This document shows positions 14,131 to 30,100 of a stretch of DNA of 64,000 nucleotides, one piece after another. The notes under the pieces were generated by a model. It saw nothing but the letters and a program-made list of their open reading frames with translations, was not told the DNA's origin and made no database searches. Position numbers and translations under genes: made by a program. How positions within the stretch are numbered: position 1 is the first letter of the stretch; every line of letters starts with the position of its first letter. The DNA comes from the human T2T-CHM13v2.0 reference genome, Homo sapiens, in the NCBI RefSeq assembly GCF_009914755.1, contig NC_060933.1. The stretch is one strand, 5' to 3'.

Positions 14131-17100
14131 TTCCATTCCATTCCCCTGCACTCAGTTTGATTCCATTCCATTCCACTCCATTCCGTTCCATTCCATTCCA
14201 TTCCATTGTATTCGGGTTAATTCCATTCCATTCCATTCCATTCCATTCCATTCCATTCCATTCCATTCCATTCCATTACAATCGAGTTGACTCCATTCCA
14301 TTCCATTCCATTCCAGTCCTTTCCATTCCATTCCACTCGGGTTGATTCCATTCTATTAGTTTCCATTCCATTCCATTCCCTTCCATTCCACTCTGGTTGA
14401 TTCCATTCCTTTCTATTCCACTCGAAAACATTCCCTCCTATTCCACTCGGAACGATTCCATTCCATTCCATTCCATTCCACTCCATTCCATTCCATTCCA
14501 TTCCATTCCATTCCATTTCGTTCCATTCCATTCTATTCCGTATCATTCCATTCCATTCCATTCCATTCCATTAAATTCCATTCCATTCCATTCCATTCCA
14601 TTGTACTCGGGTTGATTCCATTCCATTGCATTCCATTCCATTCCATTCCATTCCATTCCATTCCGTTGCATTCCATTCCATTACATTCGGATTGATTCTA
14701 TTCAACTCCCTTACTCTCCATTACATTCCATTCCATTCGGGTTGTTCCATTCCATTCCATTCCATTCCACTCCATTCCATTGCACTCGGGTTGATTCCAT
14801 TCCATTCCATTCCATTCCATTCCATTCCGGATGATTCCATTCCATTGCTTTCCGTTCCATTACATTCCCCTGCAGTCGCTTTGATTCCATTCCATTCCAT
14901 TCCATTCCATTCAATTCCATTCCATTACAATTCGTTCCATTCCATTCTATTCCGTACCATTCCATTCCATTCCATACCATTCCATTCCATTCGATTCCAT
15001 TCCATTCCATTCCATTCCGTTCCATTCCGTTCCATTCCATTCCATTCCATTCTATTCGGATTAATTCCATTCCATTCCATTCCATTCCATTCTATTCCAT
15101 TCCATTGCAATCGAGTTGAATCCATTGCATTTCATTCCATTGCATTCCATTCCATTCCATTACGGAAGATTCCATTCCATTGCATTCCATTCCTTTCAAT
15201 TCCCCTGCACTCGCGTTGATTCCATTCCATTCCATTCCATTCCATTCCATTCCATTCCATTCCGTTCCGTTCCATTCCATTCCATTCCATTCCATTCCAT
15301 TCCGTTCCGTTCCGTTCCGTTCCATTCCATTCCATTCTATTCGGGTTAATTCCATTCCATTCCATTCGATTGCAATCGAGTTGATTCCATTCCATTCCAT
15401 TCCATTCCATTCCTTTCCATTCCATTACTGATGATTCCATTCCATTGCATTCCATTCCCTTCCATTCCCCTGTACTCGTGTTGATTCCATTCCGTTCCAT
15501 TCCAATCCATGCCATTCCACTCGTGTTGATTCCATTCTTTCCATTCCATTCAAGTTGAATCCATTCCATTGCATTCCATTCCATTCGATTCCATTCGATT
15601 GCACTCGGTTTGATTCCATTCCATTCCATTCCATTCCATTCCGTTGCATTCCATTCCATTACATTCGGATTGATTCTATTCAACTCCTTTACTCTCCATT
15701 CCATTCCATTCCATTCAGGTTGTTCCATTCCATTCCATTCCATTCCACTCCATTCCATTGCACTCGGGTTGATTCCATTCCATTCCATTCCATTCCATTC
15801 CATTCCATTCCATTCCGGAAGATTCCTTTCCATTGCATTCCATTCCATTCCATTCCCCTGCACTCGCGTTGATTCCATTCCATTCCATTCTATTCCATTC
15901 CATTCACTTCCTTTCCGTTCCATTCCATTCCATTCCATTCCATTCCATTCCATTCCATTCCGTTCCGTTCCATTCCATTCCATTCCATTCTATTCGGTTA
16001 ATTCCATTCCATTCCATTCGATTGCAATCGAGTTGATTCCATTCCATTCCATTCCATTCCATTCCATTCCATTCCATTCCTTTCCATTCCATTACGGATG
16101 ATTCCATTCCATTGCATTCCATTCCATTCCATTCCCCTGTACTCGGGTTGATTCCATTCCATTCCATTCCAATCCATGCCATTCCACTCGTGTTGATTCC
16201 ATTCTTTCCTTTCCATTCAAGTTGAATCCATTCCATTGCATTCCATTCCATTCGATTCCATTCGATTGCACTCGGGTTGATTCCATTCCATTGCATTCCA
16301 TTCCATTCCATTCCATTCCATTCCATTCCGTTCCATTCCATTTCATTACATACAGATTTATTCTATTCAATTCCCTTACACTCCATTATATTCCAATCCA
16401 TTCTGGTTGTTTCCATTCCATTCCATTCCATTTCACTCCATTCCATTGCACTCGGGTTGATTCCATTCCATTCCATTCTATTGCATTCCATTCCATTCCA
16501 TTCCGGATGATTCCATTCCATTGCATTCCATTCCATTCCATTCCCCTGCACTCGGGTTGACTCCATTCTATTCGATTACATTCGGATTGATTCTATTCAA
16601 CTCCCTTACTCTCCATTACATTCCATTCCATTCGGGTTGTTCCATTCCATTCCATTCCATTCCATTCCATTCCATTCCATTCCGTTCTGTTCCTTTCCAT
16701 TCCATTCCTTTCTATTCGTGTTAATTCCATTCCATTCCATTCCATTCCATTCCAATCAAGTTGATTCCATTCCATTCCATTCCATTCCATTCCATTCCAT
16801 TCCATTCCATTCCATTCCACTCCATTCCAGTCCTTTCCATTCCATTCCACTCGGGTTGATTCCAATGTATTCCTTTCCATTCCATTCCATTCCATTGCAA
16901 TCAAGTTGATTCCATTGCTTTGCATTCCATTCCATTCCATTCCATTCCGGATGATTCCATTCCATTGCATTCCATTCCATTCCATTCCCCTGCTCTCAGG
17001 TTGATTCCATTCCATTCCACTCCATTCCGTTCCATTCCATTCCATTCCATTGTATTCGGGTTAATTCCATTCCATTCCATTCCATTCCATTCCATTCCAT

Positions 17101-20100
17101 TCCATTACAATCGAGTTGATTCCATTCCATTCCATTCCATTCCAGTCCTTTCCATTCCATTCCACTCCGGTTCATTCCATTCTATTAGTTTCCATTCCAT
17201 TCCATTCCCTTCCATTCCACTCTGGTTGATACCATTCCTTTCCATTCCACTCGAATACATTCCCTCCTATTCCACTCGGAACGAGTGCATTCCATTCCAT
17301 TCCATTCCATTCCATTCCATTTCGTTCCATTCCATTCTATTTCGTATCATTCCATCCCATTCCATTCCATTCCATTCCATTCCATTCCATTCCATTGTAC
17401 TCGGGTTGATTCAATTCCATTGCATTCCATTCCTTTCCATTCCATTCCATTCCGTAGCATTCCATTCCATTACATTCGGATTGATTCTATTCAACTCCCT
17501 TACTCTCCATTACATTCCATTACATTCGGGTTGTTCCATTCCATTCCATTCCATTCCACTCCATTCCATTGCACTCGGGTTGATTCCATTCCATTCCATT
17601 GCATTCCATTCCATTCCATTCCATTCTGGATGATTCCATTCCATTGCATTCCGTTCCATTACTTTCCCCTGCACTCGCGTTGATTCCATTCCATTCCATT
17701 CCATTCCATTCCATTCCATTCCATTACAATTCGTTCCATTCCATTCTATTCCGTACCATTCCATTCCATTCCATACCATTCCATTCCATTCCATTCCATT
17801 CCATTCCGTTCCATTCCGTTCCATTCCATTCCATTCCATTCTATTCGGATTAATTCCATTCCATTCCTTTCCATTCCATTCTATTCCATTCCATTGCAAT
17901 CGAGTTGAATCCATTGCATTTCATTCCATTCCATTCCATTCCATTCCATTCCAGAAGATTCCATTCCATTGCATTCCATTCCATTCCATTCCCCTGCACT
18001 CGCGTTGATTCCATTCCATTCCATTCCTTTCCATTCCATTCCATTCCGTTCCGTTCCATTCCATTCCATTCCATTCCATTCCATTCCGTTCCATTCCATT
18101 CCATTCCATTCTATTCGGGTTAATTCCATTTCATTCCATTCGATTGCAATCGAGTTGATTCCATTCCATTCCATTCCATTCCATTCCTTTCAATTCCATT
18201 ACTGATGATTCCATTCCATTGCATTCCATTCCATTCCATTCCCCTGTACTCGGGTTGATTCCATTCCATTCCATTCCAATCCATGCCATTCCACTCGTGT
18301 TGATTCCATTCTTTCCATTCCATTCAAGTTGAATCCATTCCATTGCATTCCATTCCATTCGATTCAATTCGATTGCACTCAGGTTGATTCCATTCCATTG
18401 CATTCCATTCCATTCCATTCCCCTGCACTCGGGTTGATTCCATTCCATTCCACTCCATTCCGTTGCATTCCATTCCATTCCATTGTATTCGGGTTAATTA
18501 AATTCCATTCCATTCCATTCCATTCCATTCCATTCCAATCGAGTTGATTCCATTCCATTCCATTCCATTCCATTCCATTCCAGTCCTTTCCATTCCATTC
18601 CACTCGGGTTGATTCCATTCTATTAGTTTCCATTCCATTCCATTCCCTTCCATTCCACTCTGGTTGATTCCATTCCTTTCCATTCCACTCGAATACATTC
18701 CCTCCTATTCCACTCGGAACGATTCCATTCCATTCCATTCCATTCCATTCCATTCCATTCCATTCCATTCCATTCCATTCCGTTTCGTTCCATTCCATTC
18801 TATTCCGTATCATTCCATTCCATTCCATTCCATTCCCTTCCATTCCATTCCACTCGTGTTGATTCCATTCCTTTCCATTCCATTCGGTTTGAAGGCATTC
18901 CATTCCATTCCATTCCATTCCATTCCATTGTACTCGGGTTGATTGCATTCCATTGCATTCCATTCCATTCCATTCCGTTGCATTCCATTCCATTACATTC
19001 GGATTGATTCTATTCAACTCCCTTACTCTCCATTACATTCCATTCCATTCGGGTTGTTCCATTCCATTCCATTCCATTCCACTCCATTCCATTGCACTCG
19101 GGTTGATTCCATTCTATTCCATTCCATTCCATTCCATTCCATTCCGGATGATTCCATTCGATTGCATTCCGTTCCATTACATTCCCCTGCACTCGCGTTG
19201 ATTCCATTCCATTCCATTCCATTCCATTCCATTACAATTCGTTACATTCCATTCTATTCCGTACCATTCCATTCCATTCCATACCATTCCATTCCATTCC
19301 ATTCCATTCCTTTCCGTTCCATTCCGTTCCATTGCATTCCATTCCATTGTATTCGGGTTAATTCCATTCCATTCCATTCCATTCCATTCTATTCCATTCC
19401 ATTGCAATCGAGTTGAATCCATTGCATTCCATTCCATTCCATTCCATTCCATTCCATTCCGGAAGATTCCATTCCATTGCATTCCATTCCATTCCATTCC
19501 CCTGCACTCGCGTTGATTCCATTCCAATCCATTCCGTTCCGTTCCATTCCATTCCATTCCATTCCATTCCATTCCATTCCGTTCCTTTCCATTCCATTCC
19601 ATTCCATTCTATTCGGGTTAATTCCATTCCTTTCCATTCGATTGCAATCGAGTTGATTCCATTCCATTGCATTCCATTCCATTCGATTCCATTCGATTGC
19701 ACTCGGGTTGATTCCTTTCCATTGCATTCCATTACATTCAATTCCATTCCATTCCATTCCGTTCCATTCCGTTCCATTCCTTTCCATTATATTCGGATTG
19801 ATTCTATTCAATTCCCTTACACTCCGTTACATTCCATTCCATTCGGGTAGTTTCCACTCCATTCCATTCCATTCCTCTCCATTCCATTGCACTCGGGTTG
19901 ATTCCATTCCATTGCATTCCATTCCATTCCATTCAATTCCATTCCTTTCCATTCCATTCCATTACATTCGGATTGATTCTATTCAACTCCCTTACTCTCC
20001 ATTACATTCCATTACATTCGGGTTGTTCCATTCCATTCCATTCCATTCCACTCCATTCCATTGCACTCGGGTTGATTCCATTCCATTCCATTCCATTCCA

Positions 20101-23100
20101 TTCCGGAAGATTCCACTCCATTGGATTCCATTACATTCCATTCCCCTGCACTCGCGTTGATTCCATTCCATTCCATTCCATTCCATTCCGTTCCGTTCCG
20201 TTCCATTCCATTCCATTCCATTCCATTCCATTCCGTTCCGTTCCATTCCATTCCATTCCATTCTATTTGGGTTAATTCCATTCCATTCCATTCTATTGCA
20301 ATCGTGTTGATTCCAATCCATTCCATTCCATTCCATTCCATACCATTCCATTCCTTTCCATTCCATTACGGATGGTTCCATTCCATTGCATTCCATTCCA
20401 TTCCATTCCACTGTACTCGGGTTGATTCCATTCCATTGCATTCCAATCCATGCCATTCCACTCGTGTTGATTCCATTCTTTCCATTCCATTCAAGTTGAA
20501 TCCATTCCATTGCATTCCATTCCATTCGATTCCATTCGATTGCACTCGGGTTGATTCCATTCCATTACATTCCATTCCATTCCATTGCATTCCATTCCAT
20601 TCCATTCCGTTCCATTCCATTCCATTACGTTCGGATTGATTCTATTCAATTCCCTTACACTCCATTACATTCCATTCCTTTCGGGTAGTTTCCATTCCAT
20701 TCCATTCCATTCCTCTCCATTCCATTGCACTAGGGTTGATTCCATTCCATTGCATTCCATTCCATTCCATTCAATTCCATTCCGTTCCATTCCATTCCAT
20801 TACATTCGGATTGATTCTATTCAACTCCCTTACTCTCCATTACATTCCATTCCATTCGGGCTGTTCCATTCCATTCCATTCCATTCCACTCCATTCCATT
20901 GCACTCGGGTTTATTCCATTCCATTCCATTCCATTCCATTCCATTCCATTCCATTCCAGAAGATTCCATTCCATTGCATTCCATTCCATTCCATTCCCCT
21001 GCAGTCGCGTTCATTCCATTCCATTCCATTCCATTCCATTCCATTCCATTCCATTCCTTTCCGTTCCATTCCATTCCATTCCATTCCATTCCATTCCATT
21101 CCATGCCATTCCGTTCCGTTCCGTTCCTTTCCATTCCATTCCATTCCATTCTATTCGGGTTAATTCCATTCCATTCCATTCGACTGCATTCGAGTTGATT
21201 CCATTCCATTCCATTCCATTCCATTCCATTCCTTTCCATTCCATTACGGATGATTCCATTCCATTGCATTCCATTCCATTCCATTCCCCTGTACTCGGGT
21301 TGATTCCATTCCATTCCATTCCAATCCATGCCATTCCACTCGTGTTGATTCCATTCTTTCCATTCCATTCAAGTTGAATCCATTCCATTGCATTCCATTC
21401 CATTCCATTCCCCTGCAGTCGGGTTGATTCCATTCCATTCCATTCCATTCCATTCCATTCCATTCCATTCCGTTCCGTTCCATTCCATTCCATTCCATTC
21501 CATTCCATTCTATTCGGGTTAATTCCATTCCATTCCATTCCATTCCATTCCATTCCAATCGAGTTGATTCCATTCCATTCCATTCCATTCCATTCCACTC
21601 CATTCCAGTCCTTTCCATTCCATTCCACTCGGGTTGATTCCAATGTATTCCTTTCCATTCCATTCCATTCCATTGCAATGGAGTTGATTCCATTGCTTTG
21701 CATTCCATTCCATTCCATTCCATTCCGGATGATTCCATTCCATTGCATTCCATTCCATTCCATTCCTCTGCACTCGGGTTGATTCCATTCCATTCCACTC
21801 CATTCCGTTCCATTCCATTCCATTCCATTGTATTCGGGTTAATTCCATTCCATTCCATTCCATTCCATTCCATTCCATTCCATCACAATCGAGTTGGTTC
21901 CATTCCATTCCATTCCATTCCATTCCATTCCATTCCATTCCGGATGATTCCATTCGATTACATTCTGTTCCATTACATTCCCCTGCACTCGGGTTGATTC
22001 CATTCCATTCCATTCCATTCCATTCGATTCGATTCCATTCCAATTCTTTCCATTCCATTCTATTCCGTACCATTCCATTCCATTCCATACCATTCCATTC
22101 CATTCCATTCCATTCCTTTCCATTCCGTTCCGTTCCGTTCCGTTCCATCCCAATCCATTCCATTTTATTCGGGTTAATTCCATTCCATTCCATTCCATTC
22201 CATTCTATTCCATTCCATTGCAATCGAGTTGAGTCCATTTCATTCCATTCCATTCCATTCCGGAAGATTCCATTCCATTGCATTCCATTCCATTCCATTC
22301 CCCTGCACTCGCGTTGATTCCATTCCATTCCATTCCATTCCATTCCATTCCGTTCCATTCCATTCCATTCCATTCCATTCCATTCCCTTCCATTCCATTC
22401 CATTCCATTCCATTCTATTCGGGTTAATTCCATTCCATTCCATTCGATTGCAATCGAGTTGATTCCATTCCATTCCATTCCATTCCATTCCATTCCATTC
22501 CTTTCCATTCCATTACGGATGATTCCATTCCATTGCATTCCATTCCATTCCATTCCCCTGTACTCGGGTTGATTCCATTCCATTCCATTCCAATCCATGC
22601 CATTCCACTCGTGTTGATTCCATTCTTTCCATTCCATTCAAGTTGAATCCATTCCATTGCATTCAATTCCATTTGATTCCATTCGGTTGCACTCGGGTTG
22701 ATTCCATTCCATTCCATTCCATTCCATTCCGTTCCATTCCATTACATTACATTCGGATTGATTCTATTCAATTCCCTTACACTCCATTGCATTCCATTCC
22801 ATTAGGGTAGTTTCCACTCCATTCCATTCCATTCCTCTCCATTCCATTGCACTCGGGTTGATTCCATTCCATTGCATTCCATTCCATTCCATTAAATTCC
22901 ATTCCGTTCCATTCCATTCCATTACATTCGGATTGATTCTATTCAACTCCCTTACTCTCCATTACATTCGATTCCATTCGGGTTGTTCCATTCCATTCCA
23001 TTCCATTCCACTCCATTCCATTGCACTCGGGTTGATTCCTTTCAATTCCATTCCATTCCGGAAGATTCCATTCCATTACATTCCATTACATTCCATTCCC

Positions 23101-26100
23101 CTGCACTCGCGTTGATTCCATTCCATTCCATTCCATTCCATTCCATTCCATTCCGGAAGATTCCATTCCATTGCATTCCATTCCATTCCATTCCCCTGCA
23201 CTCGCGTTGATTCCATTCCATTCCGTTCCATTCCATTCCGTTCCGTTCCGTTCCGTTCCGTTCCATTCCATTCCATTCCATTCCATTCCATTCCATTGCG
23301 TTCCGTTCCATTCCATTCCATTCCATTCTATTTGGGTTAATTCCATTCCATTCCATTCGATTGCAATCGAGTTAATTCCATTCCATTCCATTCCATTCCA
23401 TTCCATTCCATTCCATTCCTTTCCATTCCATTACGGATGATTCCATTCCATTGCATTCCTTTCCATTCCATTCCCCTGTACTCGGGTTGATTCCATTCCA
23501 TTCCATTCCAATCCATGCCATTCCACTCGTGTTGATTCCATTCTTTCCTTTCCATTCAAGTTGAATCCATTCCATTGCATTCCATTCCATTCCATTCCCC
23601 TGCAGTCGGGTTGATTCCATTCCATTCCATTCCATTCCATTCCATTCCATTCCAATCAAGTTGATTCCATTCCATTCCATTCCATTGCATTCCATTCCAT
23701 TCCACTCCATTCCAGTCCTTTCCATTCCATTCCACTCGGGTTGATTCCAATGTATTCCTTTCCATTCCATTCCATTCCACTGCAATCGAGTTGATTCAAT
23801 TGCTTTGCATTCCATTCCATTCCATTCCATTCCGGATGATTCCATTCCATTGCATTCCATTCCATTCCATTCCCCTGTACTCGGGTTGATTCCATTCCAT
23901 TCCCCTCCATTCCATTCCATTCCATTCCATTCCATTCCATTGTATTCGGGTTAATTCCATTCCATTCCATTGCATTCCATTCTATTCCATTCCATTCCAT
24001 TACAATCGAGTTGATTCCATTCCATTCCATTCCATTCCAGTCCTTTCCATTCCATTCCACTCGGGTTGATTCCATTCTATTAGTTTCCATTCCATTCCAT
24101 TCCCTTCCATTGTATTCGGGTTAATTCCATTCCATTCCATTCCATTCCATTCCATTCCATTCCATTCCATTCCATTACAATCCAGTTGATTCCATTCCAT
24201 TCCATTCCATTCCAGTCCTTTCCATTCCATTCCACTCGGGTTGATTCCATTCTATTAGTTTCCATTCCATTCCATTCCCTTCCATTCCACTCTTGTTGAT
24301 TCCATTCCTTTCCATTCCACTCGAATACATTCCCAACTATTCCACTCGGAATGATTCTATTCCATTCCATTCCATTCCATTCCATTCCATTCCATTCCAT
24401 TTCGTTCCATTCCATTCTATTCCGTATCATTCCATTCCATTCCATTCCATTCCATTCCATTCCATTCCATTCCGTTGCATTCCATTCCATTACATTCGAA
24501 TTGATTCTATTCAACTCCCTTACTCTCCATTACATTCCATTCCATTCGGGTTGTTCCATTCCATTCCATTCCATTCCACTCCATTCCATTGCACTCGGGT
24601 TGATTCCATTCCATTCCATTCCATTCCATTCCATTCCGGATGACTCCATTCCATTGCATTCCGTTCCATTACATTCCCCTGCACTCACGTTGATTCCATT
24701 CCATTCCATTCCATTCCATTCCATTCAATTCCATTCCATTACAATTCGATCCATTCCATTCTATTCCGTACCATTCCATTCCATTCCATACCATTCCAGT
24801 CCATTCCATTCCATTGCATTCCATTCCATTCCGTTCCATTCCGTTCCATTCCATTCCATTCCATTCTATTCGGGTTAATTCCATTCCATTCCATTCGATT
24901 GCAATCGAGTTGATTCCATTCCATTCCATTCCATTCCATTCCATTCCATTCCATTCCTTTCCATTCCATTACGGATGATTCCATTCCATTGCATTCCATT
25001 CCATTCCATTCCCCTGTACTCGGGTTGATTCCATTCCATTCCATTCCAATCCATGCCATTCCACTCGTGTTGATTCCATTCTTTCCATTCCATTCAAGTT
25101 GAATCCTTTCCATTGCATTCCATTCCATTCCATTCCCCTGCAGTCGGGTTGATTCCATTCCATTCCATTCCATTCCATTCCATTCCATTCCATTCCACTC
25201 CATTCCAGTCCTTTCCATTCCATTCCACTCGGGTTGATTCCAATGTATTCCTTTCCATTCCATTCCATTCCATTGCAATCGAGTTGATTCCATTGCTTTG
25301 CATTCCATTCCATTCCATTCCATTCCGGATGATTCCATTCCATTGCATTCCATTCCATTCCATTCCCCTGCACTCGGGTTGATTCCATTCCATTCCACTC
25401 CATTCCATTCCATTCCATTCCATTCCATTGTATTCGGGTTAATTCCATTCTATTGCATTCCATTCCATTCCATTCCATTCCATTCCATTCCATTCCATTA
25501 CAATCTAGTTGATTCCATTCCATTCCATTCCATTCCAGTCCTTTCCATTCCATTCCACTCGGGTTGATTCCATTCTATTAGTTTCCATTCCATTCCATTC
25601 CCTTCCATTCCACTCTGGTTGATTCCATTCCTTTCCATTCCACTCGAATACATTCCCTCCTATTCCACTCGGAACGATTCCATTCCATTCCATTCCATTC
25701 CATTTCATTCCATTCCATTCCATTTCGTTCCATTCCATTCTATTCCGTATCATTCCATTCCATTCCATTCCATTCCATTCCATTCCATTCCATTGTACTC
25801 GGGTTGATTCCTTTCCATTGCATTCCATTGCATTCCATTCCATTCCATTCCTTTGCATTCCATTCCATTACGTTCGGATTGATTCTATTCAACACCCTTA
25901 CTCTCCATTACATTCCATTCCATTCGGGTTGTTCCATTCCATTCCATTCCATTCCACTCCATTCCATTGCACTCGGGTTGATCCCATTCCATTCCATTCC
26001 ATTCCGTTCCATTCCGGATGATTCCATTCCATTGCATTCCGTTCCATTACATTCCCCTACACTCAGGTTGATTCCATTCCATTCCATTCCATTCCATTCC

Positions 26101-27199
26101 ATTCAATTCCATTCCATTACAATTCGTTCCATTCCATTCTATTCCATACCATTCCATTCCATTCCATACCATTCCATTCCATTCCATTCCATTCCATTCC
26201 GTTCCATTCCATTCCTTTCCGTTCCATTCCGTTCCATTCCATTGCATTCCATTCTATTCGGATTAATTCCATTCCATTCCATTCCATTCCATTCCATTCC
26301 ATTCTATTCCATTCCATTGCAATCGAGTTGAATCCATTGCATTTCATTCCATTCCATTCCATTCCATTCCATTCCGGAAGTTTCCATTCCATTGCATTCC
26401 ATTCCATTCCATTCCATTCAATTCCATTCCGTTCCATTCCATTCCATTACATTCGGATTGATTCTATTCAACTCCCTTAGTCTCCATTACATTCCATTCC
26501 ATTCGGGTTGTTCCATTCCATTCCATTCCATTGCACTCCATTCCATTGCACTCGGGTTTATTCCATACCATTCCATTCCATTCCATTCAATTCCATTCCA
26601 TTCCGGAAGATTCCATTCCATTGCATTCCATTCCATTTCATTCCCCTGCACTCGCGTTGATTCCATTCCATTCCATTCCATTCCATTCCATTCCGTTCCG
26701 TTCCATTCCATTCCATTCCATTCCATTCCGTTCCGTTCCATTCCATTCCATTCCATTCTATTCAGGTTAATTCCATTCCATTCCATTCGATTGCAATCGA
26801 GTTGATTCCGTTCCATTCCATTCCATTCCATTCCATTCCATTCCATTCCTTTCCATTCCATTACGGATGATTCCATTCCATTGCATTCCATTCCATTCCA
26901 TTCCCCTGTACTCGGGTTGATTCCATTCCATTCCATTCCAATCCATGCCATTCCACTCGTGTTGATTCCATTCTTTCCATTCCATTCAAGTTGAATCCAT
27001 TCCATTGCATTCCATTCCATTCCATTCCCCTGCAGTCGGGTTGATTCCATTCCATTCCATTCCATTCCATTCCATTCCATTCCATTCCAATCAAGTTGAT
27101 TCCATTCCATTCCATTCCATTGCATTCCATTCCATTCCAGTCCTTTCCATTCCATTCCACTCGGGTTGATTCCAATGTATTCCTTTCCATTCCATTCCA

Positions 27200-30100
27200 T
27201 TCCATTGCAATCGAGTTGATTCCATTTCTTTCCATTCCATTCCATTCGATTCCATTTCGGATGATTCCATTCCATTGCATTCCATTCCATTCCATTGCCC
27301 TGCACTCGGGTTGATTCCATTCCTTTCCACTCCATTCCATTCCATTCCTTTCCATTCCATTGTATTCGGGTTAATTCCATTCCATTCCATTCCATTCCAT
27401 TCCATTCCATTACAATCGAGTTGATTCCATTCCATTCCATTCCATTCCAGTCCTTTCCATTCCATTCCACTCGGGTTGATTCCATTCTATTAGTTTCCAT
27501 TCCATTCCATTCCATTCCATTCCATTGTATTCGGGTTAATTCCATTCCATTCCATTCCATTCCATTCCATTCCATTCCATTCCATTCCATTACAAACGAG
27601 TTGATTCCATTCCATTCCATTCCATTCCAGTCCTTTCTATTCCATTCCACTCGGGTTGATTCCATTCTATTAGTTTCCATTCAATTCCATTCCCTTCCAT
27701 TCCACTCTGGTTGATTCCATTCCTTTCCATTCCACTCGAATACATTCCCTCCTATTCCACTCGGAACGATTCCATTCCATTCGATTCCATTCTTTTCCAT
27801 TCAATTCCATTTCGTTCCATTCCATTCTATTCCGTATCATTCCATTCCATTCCATTCCATTCCATTCCATTCCATTCCATTCCATTCCATTCCATTCCAT
27901 TGTACTCGGGTTGATTCCATTCCATTGCATTCCATTCCATTCCATTCCATTCCATTCCGTTGCATTCCATTCCATTACATTCGGATTGATTCTATTCAAC
28001 TCCCTTACTCTCCATTACATTCCCTTCCATTCGGGTTGTTCCATTCCATTCCATTCAATTCCACTCCATTCCATTGCACTCGGGTTGATTCCATTCCATT
28101 CCATTCCATTCCATTCCATTCCATTCCATTCCGGATGATTCCATTCCATTGCATTCCGTTCCATTACATTCCCCTGCACTCGCGTTGATTCCATTCCATT
28201 CCATTCCATTCCATTCAATTCCATTCCATTACAATTCGTTCCATTCCATTCTATTCCGTACCATTCCATTCCATTCCATACCATTCCATTCCATTCCATT
28301 CCATTCCATTCCGTTCCATTCCGTTCCATTCCATTCCATTCCATTCTATTCGGATTAATTCCTTTCCATTCCATTCCATTCCATTCTATTCTATTCCATT
28401 CCATTGCAATCGAGTTGAATCCATTGCATTTCATTCCATTTCATTCCATTCCATTCCGGAAGATTCCATTCCATTGCATTCCATTCCATTCCATTCCCCT
28501 GCACTCGCGTTGATTCCATTCCATTCCATTCCATTCCATTCCGGATGATTCCATTCCATTGCATTCCATTCCATTCCATTCCCCTGCACTCGGTTTGATT
28601 CCATTCCATTCCAGTCCATTCCGTTCCATTCCATTCCATTCCATTGTATTCGTGTTAATTCCATTCCATTCCATTCCATTCCATTCCATTCCATTCCATT
28701 CCATTACAATCGAGTTGATTCCATTCCATTCCATTCCATTCCATTCCAGTCCTTTCCATTCCATTCCACTCGGGTTGATTCCATTCTATTAGTTTCCATT
28801 CCATTCCATTCCCTTCCATTCCACTCTGGTTGATTCCATTCCTTTCCATTCCACTCGAATACATTCCCTCTTATTCCACTCGGAACGATTCCATTCCATT
28901 CCATTCCATTCCATTCCATTCCATTCCATTCCATTTCGTTCCATTCCATTCTATTCCGTATCATTCCGTATCATTCCATTCCATTCCATTCCATTCCATT
29001 GCATTCCATTCCATTCCATTCCACTCGTGTTGATTCCATTCCTTTCCATTCCATTCGGTTTGAAGGCATTCCATTCCATTCCATTCCATTCCATTCCATT
29101 CCATTCTATTCCATTCCATTCCATTCTATTCCATTGTACTCGGGTTGATTGCATTCCATTCCATTCCATTCCATTCCATTCCATTCCATTCCATTCCGTT
29201 GCATTCCATTCCATTACATTCGGATTGATTCTATTCAACTCCCTTACTCTCCATTCCATTCCATTCCATTCGGGTTGTTCCATTCCATTCCATTCCATTC
29301 CACTCCATTCCATTGCACTCGGGTTGATTCCATTCCATTCCATTCCATTCCATTCCATTCCATTCCATTCCGGATGATTCCATTCCATTGCATTCCGTTC
29401 CATTACATTCCCCTGAACTCGCGTTGATTCCATTCCATTCCATTCCATTCCATTCAATTCCATTCCATTACAATTCGTTCCATTCCATTCTATTCCGTAC
29501 CATTCCATTCCATTCCATACCATTCCATTCCAATCCATTCCATTCCATTACATTCCATTCCATTCCATTCCGTTCCGCTCCGTTCCTTTCCATTCCATTC
29601 CATTCCATTCTATTCGGGTTAATTCCATTCCATTCCATTCGATTGCAATAGAGTTGATTCCATTCCATTCCATTCCATTCCATTCCTTTCCATTACATTA
29701 CGGATGATTCCATTCCATTTCATTCCATTCCATTCCATTCCCCTGTACTCGGGTTGATTCCATTCCATTCCATTCCAATCCAAGCCATTCCACTCGTGTT
29801 GATTCCATTCTTTCCATTCCATTCAAGTTGAATCCATTCCATTGCATTCCATTCCATTCGAATCCATTCGATTGCACTCGGGTTGATTCCATGGCATTGC
29901 ATTCCATTCCATTCCATTCCATTCCATTCCATTCCATTCCATTCCATTCCTTTCAATTCCATTCCATTCGGATTCATTCTATTCAATTCCCTTACACTCC
30001 ATTACAATCCATTCGATTCGTGTAGTTTCCATTCCATTCCATTCCATTCCTCTCCATTCCATTGCACTCGGGTTGATTCCATTCCATTCCATTCCATTCC

